64,000 nucleotides of DNA from an uncultured Thermomicrobiales bacterium (lineage in GTDB: Bacteria > Chloroflexota > Chloroflexia > Thermomicrobiales > UBA6265). A program made the translations under genes and the position numbers. A model generated the notes under the pieces. It did no database searches. It saw only the letters and a program-made list of their open reading frames with translations, and was not told the DNA's origin. The stretch is from contig CAXTHM010000009.1 of assembly GCA_964244115.1 (NCBI GenBank), positions 665-64,664 of the forward strand, read 5' to 3'. This document shows positions 46,247 to 56,470 of the stretch, piece by piece; positions within the stretch are counted from its first letter, which is position 1; each line of letters opens with the position of its first letter.

Positions 46247-46483
46247 CTAGACAGCCTCCTGCTCGTTTTCATTCTCATTCAGGGCGGAACGTAGGGCCAT
46301 GAGCCGCTGCTCCACGCTCACATCGCGCAGAAGCTCAGCCAGGAGCAACCGGACCATCTCCGTCCGCTCCTCAGGCGAGAGGTCGCGAACCATCGTCATC
46401 GCGATATCCCTCGCCGCCTCGGCTCGCTCGTCCGGACTGAGCTGCGTCACCATCTGTTGCGCCATCGTGCTCAGCAGGCTCAT
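46247..46483 (-). CDS. Hypothetical 78-aa acidic helical protein with an internal LSP(D/E)ER repeat
   Basis: MSLLSTMAQQMVTQLSPDERAEAARDIAMTMVRDLSPEERTEMVRLLL.... A GGGAG SD precedes the ATG at 46483. Confidence 0.55.
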   Translation of the reverse strand: MSLLSTMAQQMVTQLSPDERAEAARDIAMTMVRDLSPEERTEMVRLLLAELLRDVSVEQRLMALRSALNENENEQEAV

Positions 46484-46670
46484 GCCACTCCCAACCGCCG
46501 GTCCGGTGATCCCCCGGACACGACGTGCTACGGTGTGCGTTGCAATCGGCTGGCCAACGCGACCCACGGCGAAACGCCAGTACCACGACGTTTTCCGCCG
46601 TAGTGCATGGTCGCGGCTCGCCACGATCGTGCGCCCGTATCCAGCCACAGAACGAGACCAAGAGCCAAGT

Positions 46671-48638
46671 ATGAACGACAGGCAGCGTTTCGATGTGGTG
46701 GTGATCGGCGGGGGTCACGCCGGCTGCGAGGCCGCCCTGGCCTCTGGCCGGCGCGGGGCCCGTGTCCTCGTGATCACCCCGAACCTCGACCGGATCGGGT
46801 TCATGCCCTGCAACCCCTCGATCGGCGGACCGGCCAAGGGCCACCTGGTCGCCGAGATCGATGCCCTCGGTGGGGAGATGGGCCGAGTGGCTGACCGGAC
46901 GGCGCTTCAGGTCCGGACGCTCAACACGGGCAAGGGGCCGGCCGTCCAGGCGCTGCGGGTGCAGTGCGACAAGACCCTCTACGCCCTCGCGATGGCGGAG
47001 GCGCTGACGGCGGCGCCGAACGTCACGCTCCTTCAGGACGACGCCACCGGCCTCCTGACCACGGACGACAGGGGGTCGCGCGTCGTATCGGGTCTCACGA
47101 CGCTCGGCTCCGGGTCGATCTCTGCCACGGCCGTGGTCGTCACGGCCGGCACCTTCCTGCGCGGGCAACTCGTCCGCGGCGAGGAGCGGCTCGGCGGGGG
47201 TCGAGCCGGGGAGCGGGCGGATACGTCGCTGGCCGAGGAGCTGGCCGCGGTCGGCATCCGGACGCGCCGGTTCAAGACCGGGACGCCCCCTCGGATCGAC
47301 GCCCGAACCGTGGACTTCCCGCTCGGGACCCTCCAGCCGGGCGACAGTGCCGACCGCTGGTTCAGCCACGACGGGCGCCAGGGCCGGATCGTGCCGAAGG
47401 GCCAGGCGCCGATCGACCTGCTCGCTCGGCAGCTGCCCTCCCCCACCCAGCGGGCGGACCGGCCCCAACTGGCGTGCCTGCGGCTGGACACCAACGCCGA
47501 GATGCACGCGATCATCGCCGCCAATCTGCACCGGGCCCCGATGTTCAACGGCGCGATCGAGGGCGTCGGACCGCGCTACTGCCCGTCGATCGAGGACAAG
47601 GTCCACCGGTTCGCCGACAAGGCCAGCCACCCGGTCTTCCTGGAGCCGGAGGGCTGGCGGACGGACGAACTCTACGTCCAGGGCATGAGTACCAGTCTGC
47701 CGGCCGATGTCCAGGAGGCGGCGCTGCGGACGATCCCGGCCCTGCGCGACGTCCGGATCACCCGGTACGGCTACGCGGTCGAGTACGACGCCGTCGACGC
47801 CAATGAACTGACCGGGGCGCTGGAGGCGCGACGACTGCCGGGGCTGTTCCTGGCCGGACAGGTCAACGGCACCTCCGGCTACGAGGAGGCCGCCGCGCAG
47901 GGGCTGGTCGCCGGCGCCAACGCCGCCGCCCGGGCATTCGGGCTGGAGGAGCTGCGGCTCCGGCGCGACGAGGCGTACATCGGTGTCCTGATCGACGACA
48001 TCACCACCCGCGCCCTCGACGAGCCCTACCGGATGCTGACCTCCCGGGCCGAACACCGCCTGCTCCTCCGGGTCGGGACGGCACCGCGTCGTCTCGGGAC
48101 GGTCGCCCGGCGGCTCGGGCTGGTGGACGAGCGCCGCTCGGCGGAGATCGAGACAGAGTTCGCCGCCGAGGAGGCGCTCCAGGCCGGGCTCAGGGCGATA
48201 GCCTTCGACCAGCGCCCGGACGACATCAGCCTCCTGGCCGCCCAGGGGATCGAGCCCCCCAGTGGGCGCCAGTCGGCCTGGGATCTGCTGCGGCGCCCCC
48301 CGGTCACGATGGGCCAGATCGCGGCGGCGTTGGCGGCTCGCGGGATCGACCTGCCGGATGACGCGGACAGCGAGATACGGGCGCGGGTGACCGACACCGC
48401 CAAGTACGAGGGCTTCGTCCGGCGGGCCGAGCGGGAGGCCGGCCGGACAGCCAATCTCGACCGGTTCCGGATCGACTCGGGGATCGACTTCCACACGGTC
48501 GCCGGGCTCCGGATCGAGGCCCGGCAGCGGCTCACCGCGGCCCAGCCGGAGACGATCGGCCAGGCCGGGCGGTTGGCAGGGGTCACGGCGTCCGATATCG
48601 CGGCCCTGCTGATCCACAGTCGGCGGCGGGGGCGATGA
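46671..48638 (+). CDS. mnmG: tRNA uridine 5-carboxymethylaminomethyl modification enzyme MnmG (GidA)
   Basis: FDVVVIGGGHAGCEAALASGRRGARVLVIT, MPCNPSIGGPAKGHLVAEIDALGG, GPRYCPSIEDK and AGQVNGTSGYEEAAAQG. Confidence 0.93.
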   Translation: MNDRQRFDVVVIGGGHAGCEAALASGRRGARVLVITPNLDRIGFMPCNPSIGGPAKGHLVAEIDALGGEMGRVADRTALQVRTLNTGKGPAVQALRVQCDKTLYALAMAEALTAAPNVTLLQDDATGLLTTDDRGSRVVSGLTTLGSGSISATAVVVTAGTFLRGQLVRGEERLGGGRAGERADTSLAEELAAVGIRTRRFKTGTPPRIDARTVDFPLGTLQPGDSADRWFSHDGRQGRIVPKGQAPIDLLARQLPSPTQRADRPQLACLRLDTNAEMHAIIAANLHRAPMFNGAIEGVGPRYCPSIEDKVHRFADKASHPVFLEPEGWRTDELYVQGMSTSLPADVQEAALRTIPALRDVRITRYGYAVEYDAVDANELTGALEARRLPGLFLAGQVNGTSGYEEAAAQGLVAGANAAARAFGLEELRLRRDEAYIGVLIDDITTRALDEPYRMLTSRAEHRLLLRVGTAPRRLGTVARRLGLVDERRSAEIETEFAAEEALQAGLRAIAFDQRPDDISLLAAQGIEPPSGRQSAWDLLRRPPVTMGQIAAALAARGIDLPDDADSEIRARVTDTAKYEGFVRRAEREAGRTANLDRFRIDSGIDFHTVAGLRIEARQRLTAAQPETIGQAGRLAGVTASDIAALLIHSRRRGR

Positions 48639-49375
48639 GCATCGCCATCATCTCGGACATCCACGGCAACGCGGCGGCGCTCGAAGCGGTCCTGGCCGAC
48701 ATCGCCGCTCGGGGCGACTGCGACACGATCTGGAACCTGGGCGACACGGTGGGATACGGGCCGGAGCCGGGCCGCTGCCTGGATCTCCTCGCCGCCGCCG
48801 GACCCGCGATCACGATGGTCGGCAACCACGATCTTGCCTGCATCGGCCGCCTGGACACCGGCCTGTTCAACCTCGTCGCCCGGTCGGCGACCGAGTGGAC
48901 GGCCCGGCAACTCGACGACGCGCAACGGGCGCTGCTCGGGAGCTACCCGGAGACGGCGACCGCCGGCGAAGTCACCCTCGCCCACGGCAGCCCGCGCTCG
49001 CCGATCTGGGAGTACGTCATCTCGGCCGAGATCGCGACGGAGAACATGGCCGCCTTCCCGACCCAACTCTGCTTCGTCGGCCACACCCACGTCGCCGCGG
49101 TCGCGTCGTACCCGGGAGACTCCAGCCGCGTCCGCTATCGTCGCGCCGGAGCTGGGACGGTGATCGACGTCGGGGACGAGCGAGCGATTATCAACCCCGG
49201 CAGCGTCGGGCAGCCACGAGATGGCGACCCCCGGGCGGCGTGGATGGCGTTCGACGTCGCCCGCGCCACCGTCGAGATGCGCCGGACGGGCTACTCGATC
49301 GAGGTGACTCAGCGAGCCATCGCCGCCGCCGGGCTGCCAGAGGCGCTCGGCAAGCGGCTGGCGCTCGGGCGGTGA
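48635..49375 (+). CDS. Metallophosphoesterase (YfcE/MJ0936-like)
   Basis: IAIISDIHGN, NLGDTVGYGP, GNHD, GHTH and NPGSVGQPRDGD. The start overlaps the mnmG stop (ATGA). Confidence 0.85.
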   Translation: MSIAIISDIHGNAAALEAVLADIAARGDCDTIWNLGDTVGYGPEPGRCLDLLAAAGPAITMVGNHDLACIGRLDTGLFNLVARSATEWTARQLDDAQRALLGSYPETATAGEVTLAHGSPRSPIWEYVISAEIATENMAAFPTQLCFVGHTHVAAVASYPGDSSRVRYRRAGAGTVIDVGDERAIINPGSVGQPRDGDPRAAWMAFDVARATVEMRRTGYSIEVTQRAIAAAGLPEALGKRLALGR

Positions 49376-49464
49376 CCCCACTCCCAGCGAAGCGAAGCTT
49401 CTCTCCATCCGCGGATGGAGAGGAACTTCTTCCGGGCGGCTTCGCCTCCCTGTCCCGGGTGGGG
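49376..49464. repeat. Palindromic terminator element, copy C (nested palindrome)
   Basis: ccccactcccagcgaagc gaagc ttctctccatcc gc ggatggagaggaa cttcttcc ... gcttcgc ... ggtgggg, immediately after the phosphoesterase stop. Confidence 0.7.
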
Positions 49465-49672
49465 ACGTGGTAGTCACCCACCGCGGCGCGGCGATCGCTG
49501 AGCCTGACGACCACTCGATTCGCTCCGATGCGGCCCGTCGGTTTGCGGAATGATCCCGGTGGCGGGATACTTGACCGGTCGAAAGCAATCGAATCCGCGC
49601 TGGCCCGGTCGTCCCCTGGTAGCGCCTTACGCTCGGAGCCTTCGGCTCGGGGTCGATGGATAGTCAGAACCT

Positions 49673-50176
49673 ATGGAAGACCGCGTCAAACGGCTCGTCG
49701 TTCCCGTCAGCGGCCAACGCTCCGACGACCGGGCCATCCGCGTCGCCGCCCAGATCGCCGACAAGAAGCCGATCGAACTCACGCTGATCCACGTCGTCGA
49801 AGTCCCCCAGCAGCTCCCGCTCGATGCCGAACTGCCAGCCGAGATCGAGCGTGGCGAGGCCATCCTGCGGGGCGCCGAGCGACTCGCCCAGTCGCTCCTG
49901 ACCGGCAAGAACGTCCAGGTCGAGAGCGAACTGCTCCAGGCCAGAACGGCCGGCACCGCCGTCGTCGACGAGGCGATCGAGCGGCACTCGCACCTGATCA
50001 TCATGGGGACGCGGCTCCGCTCCAAGCACGGCAAGGTCGGGCTCGGAGAGACGACCCGCTACATCCTCCAGACGTCTCCCTGCGAAGTCATGGTCCTGCG
50101 CCAGGCGATGGGCGCGACCGAGGAGGACGCCGTCCTGACGATCGCGGCGGCCAGCCAGAGCCGGGGCGGCCGGTGA
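49673..50176 (+). CDS. Universal stress protein (UspA family)
   Basis: RLVVPVSG..., LIHVVEV and HLIIMGTRLRSKHGKVGLGETTRYILQTSPCEVMVL. Confidence 0.85.
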   Translation: MEDRVKRLVVPVSGQRSDDRAIRVAAQIADKKPIELTLIHVVEVPQQLPLDAELPAEIERGEAILRGAERLAQSLLTGKNVQVESELLQARTAGTAVVDEAIERHSHLIIMGTRLRSKHGKVGLGETTRYILQTSPCEVMVLRQAMGATEEDAVLTIAAASQSRGGR

Positions 50177-50622
50177 GGGTCGTCGTGATGGGGAGCGGCC
50201 GGGTCGGGGCCCGGGTCGCGACGATCCTCGACAAGAACGGCCATGACGTGACCGTGATCGACGTTGCCGGAGACGCGTTCCGGCGGCTGCCGGCGACCTT
50301 CGGTGGCAGCACCGTGATCGGGACGGGGATCGATGAGGACGTCCTGCGGTCGGCCGGGATCGAGGGGGCGGACGCGTTCATCGCGGTCTCCGGCAAGGAC
50401 AACCGGAACATCATGGCGACCCAGCTCGTTGATCTGCTTTTCGACGTGCCGGAGCGGATCTGTCGCATCACCGACCCCGTCCGCGAGGAGACGTACCGGC
50501 GCATGGGCATGACGACGGTCTGCCCGACGACGACCGTCTCCGCCGTGATCATCGACACCGTCATCAACATGGACGCCGCCATCCCCGGCCGCGTCGGCGC
50601 CGCCCTCGGCGATGCGTCCTGA
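50173..50622 (+). CDS. TrkA-N (NAD-binding) domain protein of a K+ transport system
   Basis: VVVMGSGRVGARVATILDKNGHDVTVID. The GTG start overlaps the usp stop (GTGA). Confidence 0.8.
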   Translation: MRVVVMGSGRVGARVATILDKNGHDVTVIDVAGDAFRRLPATFGGSTVIGTGIDEDVLRSAGIEGADAFIAVSGKDNRNIMATQLVDLLFDVPERICRITDPVREETYRRMGMTTVCPTTTVSAVIIDTVINMDAAIPGRVGAALGDAS

Positions 50623-50705
50623 ACCCCAACCCCATTGACCAGTCGCTCCCATGCCGGCCGGGCCGGTTCCGGGATCGCACACCTCTCCACAAGGATTGAG
50701 ATACC

Positions 50706-51368
50706 GTGTACATCATCGTCGTCGGCGCCGGGAAGGTCGGCTACTACCTCTCCCGCAATCTGCTCGAGGAGGGCCATGAGGTCCTGCTGATCGAGAAGGA
50801 CGCCGCCAAGGTCGAACGGCTGACCGAGGAACTCGGCTCCGTGATCGTGCTGGGCGATGCCGCCGAGGCGACGACCCTGAGCAGCGCCGGCGCCGCCCGG
50901 GCCGACGTCATCATCGCCGTCACCGGCGAGGACGAGGACAACCTCGTCGTCTGCCAGATCGCCAAGCAGAAGTTCCGGGTCGGGCGCTCGGTCGCCCGGG
51001 TGAGCAACCCGCGCAACGAGAAGGTCTTCCGGCTGCTCGGGATCGACGTGATCGTCAGCCAGACCAGCTACATCATGAACCTGATCGAGCAGGCGATCCC
51101 GGATCAGTCGTTCGTCCACCTGCTCAACCTGCGCTACGCCGACCTCGCGATCGTGGAGGCCCGGATCGACCAGAACTCGGTCGTCGCCCACCAGATGATC
51201 GGCGAGATCAAGCTGCCCGTAGACTGCGTGATCGCGGCGATCGGCCGCGGCGCCCACGTCACCATCCCGACGGCGGGGACGGAACTCCAGCCAGGCGATG
51301 ACGTCATCGCGGTGACGCGGTCGGACCAGGAAGACGAGCTGCGGCGGTTGCTCTGTACCATCTGTTGA
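50706..51368 (+). CDS. trkA: Trk/Ktr potassium uptake regulatory protein (TrkA-N plus TrkA-C)
   Basis: IIVVGAGKVGYYLSRNLLEEGHEVLLIEKD and a C-terminal RCK_C-like region. GTG start. Confidence 0.88.
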   Translation: MYIIVVGAGKVGYYLSRNLLEEGHEVLLIEKDAAKVERLTEELGSVIVLGDAAEATTLSSAGAARADVIIAVTGEDEDNLVVCQIAKQKFRVGRSVARVSNPRNEKVFRLLGIDVIVSQTSYIMNLIEQAIPDQSFVHLLNLRYADLAIVEARIDQNSVVAHQMIGEIKLPVDCVIAAIGRGAHVTIPTAGTELQPGDDVIAVTRSDQEDELRRLLCTIC

Positions 51369-51537
51369 GCCGGAGGCGCGAGCGGTGATCCGTGCTCCGG
51401 GTATGCCGAGAACCATCGCTCAGCGTTGAGTGGTCCCGACCAGGACCGTCGATGACCACGACGGCCGGGTCACGAGCCGGCGGACGGCCTCCGGCTCGGG
51501 CGGTACGTATTGCGGTTGGTAGCCGAACTGGCGTTCA

Positions 51538-51566
51538 TTGCGTTCTCCTCCCAGAATATCTATATT
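51538..51566 (+). promoter_or_regulatory. Promoter TTGCGT-N17-TATATT
   Basis: An AT-rich patch, unusual for this sequence, about 60 nt upstream of the ATG at 51629. Confidence 0.5.
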
Positions 51567-51628
51567 TCCTCAAACGCCTCGACTGTTCGGCGCGGCGAGA
51601 TGTGATCGACCATCAGGGGAGTAGCAAG

Positions 51629-52462
51629 ATGAGCGAACGGTTCGATGGACTTGCCCGCGCCGCCACGCGACGACTCACGCGTCGCACCGCGCTGAAGGCG
51701 TCAGGGGTGGGTCTCGCTGGCGGTCTGGCGATGCATTCGGCGGTCAGCGCCGCTGCCCAGGACGCCGCCACCCCGACTACCGTCGACGGCGTCACGCTGA
51801 CGGACGGCGCCTTCCTCTTCGTCCAGTCCGCCACCTCGGGCACCCTGGAGACCAACCCCGGTGCGGGCACACCTTCGGCCACTGGCACTCCGGTCGCCGG
51901 TGGAGGCGGCGACTACCTCCTGACGCTGAGAGGGCACACCGGCAACACGATCTACTTCTCCGATCGGCCGGAGCGGATCTTCGGCGAGGGCTCGACCGAC
52001 CGGTTCATCGCCGGGCTCGGCTTCTCGCCGACGAACCCGCCCAACGCCGCCCTGGTGACGAACGACGCGGACGGCAACGAGGACATCCTCGTCGTCGAAC
52101 TCCTCGACCCAGTCTACGACGCCGGCGCCGGCTCGGTGACGTACGGGGTGAACATCCTGGGTGACTACGAGGGTGGTCTCGATTTCGTCGCCGGGAGGCA
52201 GCAGGATGAGGATCTCGCCCCGACTTTCGGCGCGGCCAGCCTGTTCATCGACGACTGCCCGGATCTGACCGAGTGCGTATATTACGGCACGCGACCCGGC
52301 GAGGTCGTCGATATCGGCGGGCTCCCGGGTGGCTCGGTCGGGCAGTGCTGGCACTGGAGCAAGTTGGAGTGCATTCCGTGCAACGGGAATGACACGTCCT
52401 ACTATGACAACATCTGCAACGAGAACTACTCCGGCTGTCAGAACAGGTGCTCCGCGGATTAG
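51629..52462 (+). CDS. Hypothetical Tat-exported protein with a Cys-rich C-terminal module
   Basis: TRRLTRRTALKASGVGLAGGLAMHSAVSAAAQD signal. The last roughly 75 aa carry 8 Cys (DDCPDLTECVYY...CWHWSKLECIPCNGNDTSYYDNICNENYSGCQNRC). SD aggggag. Confidence 0.65.
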   Translation: MSERFDGLARAATRRLTRRTALKASGVGLAGGLAMHSAVSAAAQDAATPTTVDGVTLTDGAFLFVQSATSGTLETNPGAGTPSATGTPVAGGGGDYLLTLRGHTGNTIYFSDRPERIFGEGSTDRFIAGLGFSPTNPPNAALVTNDADGNEDILVVELLDPVYDAGAGSVTYGVNILGDYEGGLDFVAGRQQDEDLAPTFGAASLFIDDCPDLTECVYYGTRPGEVVDIGGLPGGSVGQCWHWSKLECIPCNGNDTSYYDNICNENYSGCQNRCSAD

Positions 52463-52503
52463 ATCCTTGCCGCGCAAGGGTCGACGCGACCCGGATCGAA
52501 AGG

Positions 52504-52539
52504 CGAAGACGCCGAGCCAGCGCTGGCTCGGCGTCTTCG
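52504..52539. terminator. Perfect 18+18 palindrome between convergent genes
   Basis: cgaagacgccgagccagc gctggctcggcgtcttcg. Confidence 0.7.
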
Positions 52540-52568
52540 TATCGTCGGAAGGATGGAACGCCCGGGGG

Positions 52569-53885
<1,317 letters not shown>

Positions 53886-54355
53886 CGTCGTCTCACTCCT
53901 TGGGAGGCGGCTACATAGCCTCCGAAGATGGGGATCGGGTCCGCCATGGAGCGGAATGCCTTAGTATCTCATCACAAACCCGTATCATCCATCTCATGCA
54001 TTGAGCACATACCATCCAGGCAAGGCGACTCGGTCCAAGAGCATAGTCGTGTCTTGACCGGCCGTTGCGGGGCCGGTCATAGGCACGCGACCTGGTGCTC
54101 CGGGTTTGCCAGTCCTGACGGAAACGCAGCAAGGCAATGTTGATCGAGATGCATCCGGCGCCCTGGCAAGCTGGCCGGTAGCCCCAGGTCGCCATGAATA
54201 ACCTGGCTGAAGGACGGCGCTTGGCGCATCCGTCGTTCAACGTGCTGTGAGAGCGGGCGCGAAGGACCGTCTTTGAGCCAGGCCGTTCATGGCCAGGCTG
54301 TCAGGACCGATCGATCGTTCAAGATCCCGGGCAGCACGTCGAGCGCCTGCACGAC

Positions 54356-54419
54356 AAGAAAGCCCCCTCTCCATCTCGCTGGCGTGCTTCGCCCTTGCGG
54401 ATGGCGAGGGGGCTTTCTT
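54356..54419. repeat. Palindromic terminator element, copy D (symmetric arms, long conserved loop)
   Basis: aagaaagccccctctccatc tcgctggcgtgcttcgcccttgcg gatggcgagggggctttctt, 18 nt downstream of the gatB stop. Confidence 0.8.
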
Positions 54420-54436
54420 AGGGGGGCGTCTCGCCC

Positions 54437-55942
54437 CTACTGCCCGTCAAGCGCCGCCGTCAGCCGCTCCCGGACATCCTCCGGCCGGGCCCGACCGCCG
54501 GTCCGCTTCATCGTCTCGCCGATCAGCCGGCCGAAGGCCGCCTTCTTGCCAGCTCGGTAATCCGCCACAGCCGCCGGGTTGCCGGTGATCGCATCCTGAA
54601 CGGCCTGGTCCACTTCGTCACCGTCGTCCATCGAGAGCAGGTTGAGCCGCTCGGCCGCTTCCGTGGGGAGTTCGTCGTCGGCCAGCTGGGGCAGGACGTC
54701 CTTGGCGGCGCGTGAGGTCAACGTCCCGGCGTCGATCGCATCCAGCAGGTCGCGGAGCTGGGCGACCGAGAGCGGCAACTGACTGGCCGGCAGCCCGGCG
54801 GCGCTCTGCAGACCCATGACGTCGTTGACGATCCAGTTCGCCGCCGCCTGGGGCCGCGCCGGACCGCCGCCCGCGATCACCGCCTCATAGAGATCGGCGA
54901 CCTCACGCTCGCCCGTCAGCAGCTCAGCGTCCGACGGTTTGATCCCGAACTGCTCCCGGAAGCGCTCGCGCCGGGCGGCCGGCAGTTCCGGCAGCTCGCC
55001 CCGGATACGGGCAACCGTGTCGCCACCGATCTCCAGCGGCGGCAGGTCCGGCTCCGGGAAGTACCGGTAGTCGTTGGCCTGCTCCTTGGTCCGCTGCCCG
55101 ACGGTGACGCCGCGGGCCTCGACCCAGCCCCGCGTCTCCTGCGGAATCACGTTGCCGGCCTCGAGTTCGGCCCGCTGGCGCTGCTCCTCGAATCGGAGCG
55201 CCCGCTCGACGGCTCGGAACGAGTTCATGTTCTTGATTTCGACCTTGGCGCCGTATTCGGCCGCCCCCCGGACCCGGAGCGAGATGTTGGCGTCGCAGCG
55301 GAAGGCGCCCTCCTCCATGTTGCCGGTGCTGGCGCCGATGTACCGCAGCGTCTGCCGCAGCGCGACCAGGTACGCCCCCGCCGCCTCCGGCGAGCGCAGG
55401 TCGGGCTCGCCGACGATCTCCATCAGCGGGACGCCAGAGCGATTGAGATCGACGTAGCTCGCCTCGGCCCCGGAGACGTCGTCGTGGTGGACCAGCCGCC
55501 CGGTGTCCTCCTCGACATGGACCCGGGTGATCCCGCAGGTGACCGGCTCGCCGTCGACCGCGAACGTAATCGTGCCGTTGAGGCAGAGCGGCAGGTCGTA
55601 CTGCGAGATCTGGTAGCCCTTCGGCAGGTCCGGGTAGACGTAGTTCTTCCGGTCCAGCTTGTTGTGGGCCGGAATGTCGCAGCCGAGGGCCAGCCCCGTC
55701 CGAATCGCCAGCTCGACGGCCTGACCGTTCATGACCGGCAACGCCCCCGGCAGGCCCAGGCAGGTCGGGCAGTTGTGGGTGTTCGGCTCGGCCCCGGCGT
55801 AGTCGGCGGCGCATGAGCAGTACATCTTGCTCTGGGTCAGGAGCTGGGAGTGGACCTCGAGCCCGATCACCGTCTCGTAATCGGTCGCCGTCGTGGCCGT
55901 GGGCGGGGTAGCGGTCGCGTTCGACATCAGGCTCAGCCTCAT
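54437..55942 (-). CDS. gatB: Asp-tRNA(Asn)/Glu-tRNA(Gln) amidotransferase subunit B
   Basis: [37 protein letters not shown] and a C-terminal YqeY-like domain. An alternative ATG is at 55927. Confidence 0.93.
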   Translation of the reverse strand: MRLSLMSNATATPPTATTATDYETVIGLEVHSQLLTQSKMYCSCAADYAGAEPNTHNCPTCLGLPGALPVMNGQAVELAIRTGLALGCDIPAHNKLDRKNYVYPDLPKGYQISQYDLPLCLNGTITFAVDGEPVTCGITRVHVEEDTGRLVHHDDVSGAEASYVDLNRSGVPLMEIVGEPDLRSPEAAGAYLVALRQTLRYIGASTGNMEEGAFRCDANISLRVRGAAEYGAKVEIKNMNSFRAVERALRFEEQRQRAELEAGNVIPQETRGWVEARGVTVGQRTKEQANDYRYFPEPDLPPLEIGGDTVARIRGELPELPAARRERFREQFGIKPSDAELLTGEREVADLYEAVIAGGGPARPQAAANWIVNDVMGLQSAAGLPASQLPLSVAQLRDLLDAIDAGTLTSRAAKDVLPQLADDELPTEAAERLNLLSMDDGDEVDQAVQDAITGNPAAVADYRAGKKAAFGRLIGETMKRTGGRARPEDVRERLTAALDGQ

Positions 55943-56156
55943 CTCTGCCGGCCCCGGAGCCCCGCTGCGGGAAGATCCCCGGGTGGTCCGTAAAACCGCG
56001 ATCTATCTCGGAAAATCACGCTGGATTCTACCATCCAGGTCTCGTCGGGCGGGTATTAGTGGGACGAACGTGACGCCGTCAACGGGTTGATGGCAAAGCG
56101 GAACGCTCCCAGAGATAGAGACTGCTCTGCCACCACCCGGAGCGTTTGCGCGACCC

Positions 56157-56215
56157 GAAAAAGCGTCTCTCCAGGCGGGAGCGACGCGGCCCGATGCGAG
56201 CCGGGGAGGGGTCAC
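56157..56215. repeat. Degenerate copy (E) of the palindromic element in the gatB/nuoG divergent region
   Basis: gaaaaagcgtctctccaggcggg ... ccggggaggggtcac. Similarity is limited to the arms. Confidence 0.35.
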
Positions 56216-56309
56216 GCTTCACTGGGCGAGGGGTCTGCCCCGTCACCGACGCGTGACGAATCAGCCCGACATCACTGCGATCCCGACCGGCCCGACCCAC
56301 CCCCTATGC

Positions 56310-56315
56310 TAGACT
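56310..56315 (+). promoter_or_regulatory. -10 box TAGACT (preceded by TGC), candidate promoter of the nuoG-like gene
   Basis: ccctatgcTAGACTttcacc. The same TGCTAGACT string occurs upstream of pcrA. The leader is about 150 nt. Confidence 0.35.
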
Positions 56316-56470
56316 TTCACCAAGATTGTGCCGTTTCTCACAAACGGCTGGCCGACCCTCATGGACGGGCCAACGGTGACATCAGGCGGGCCTGCCCCGG
56401 ACCCGTCAGACACCCGCCGGCCGCCGTCGAGGCGCCGACCTTCTCCATTGAAGCGAGGTAACGCGAACCG

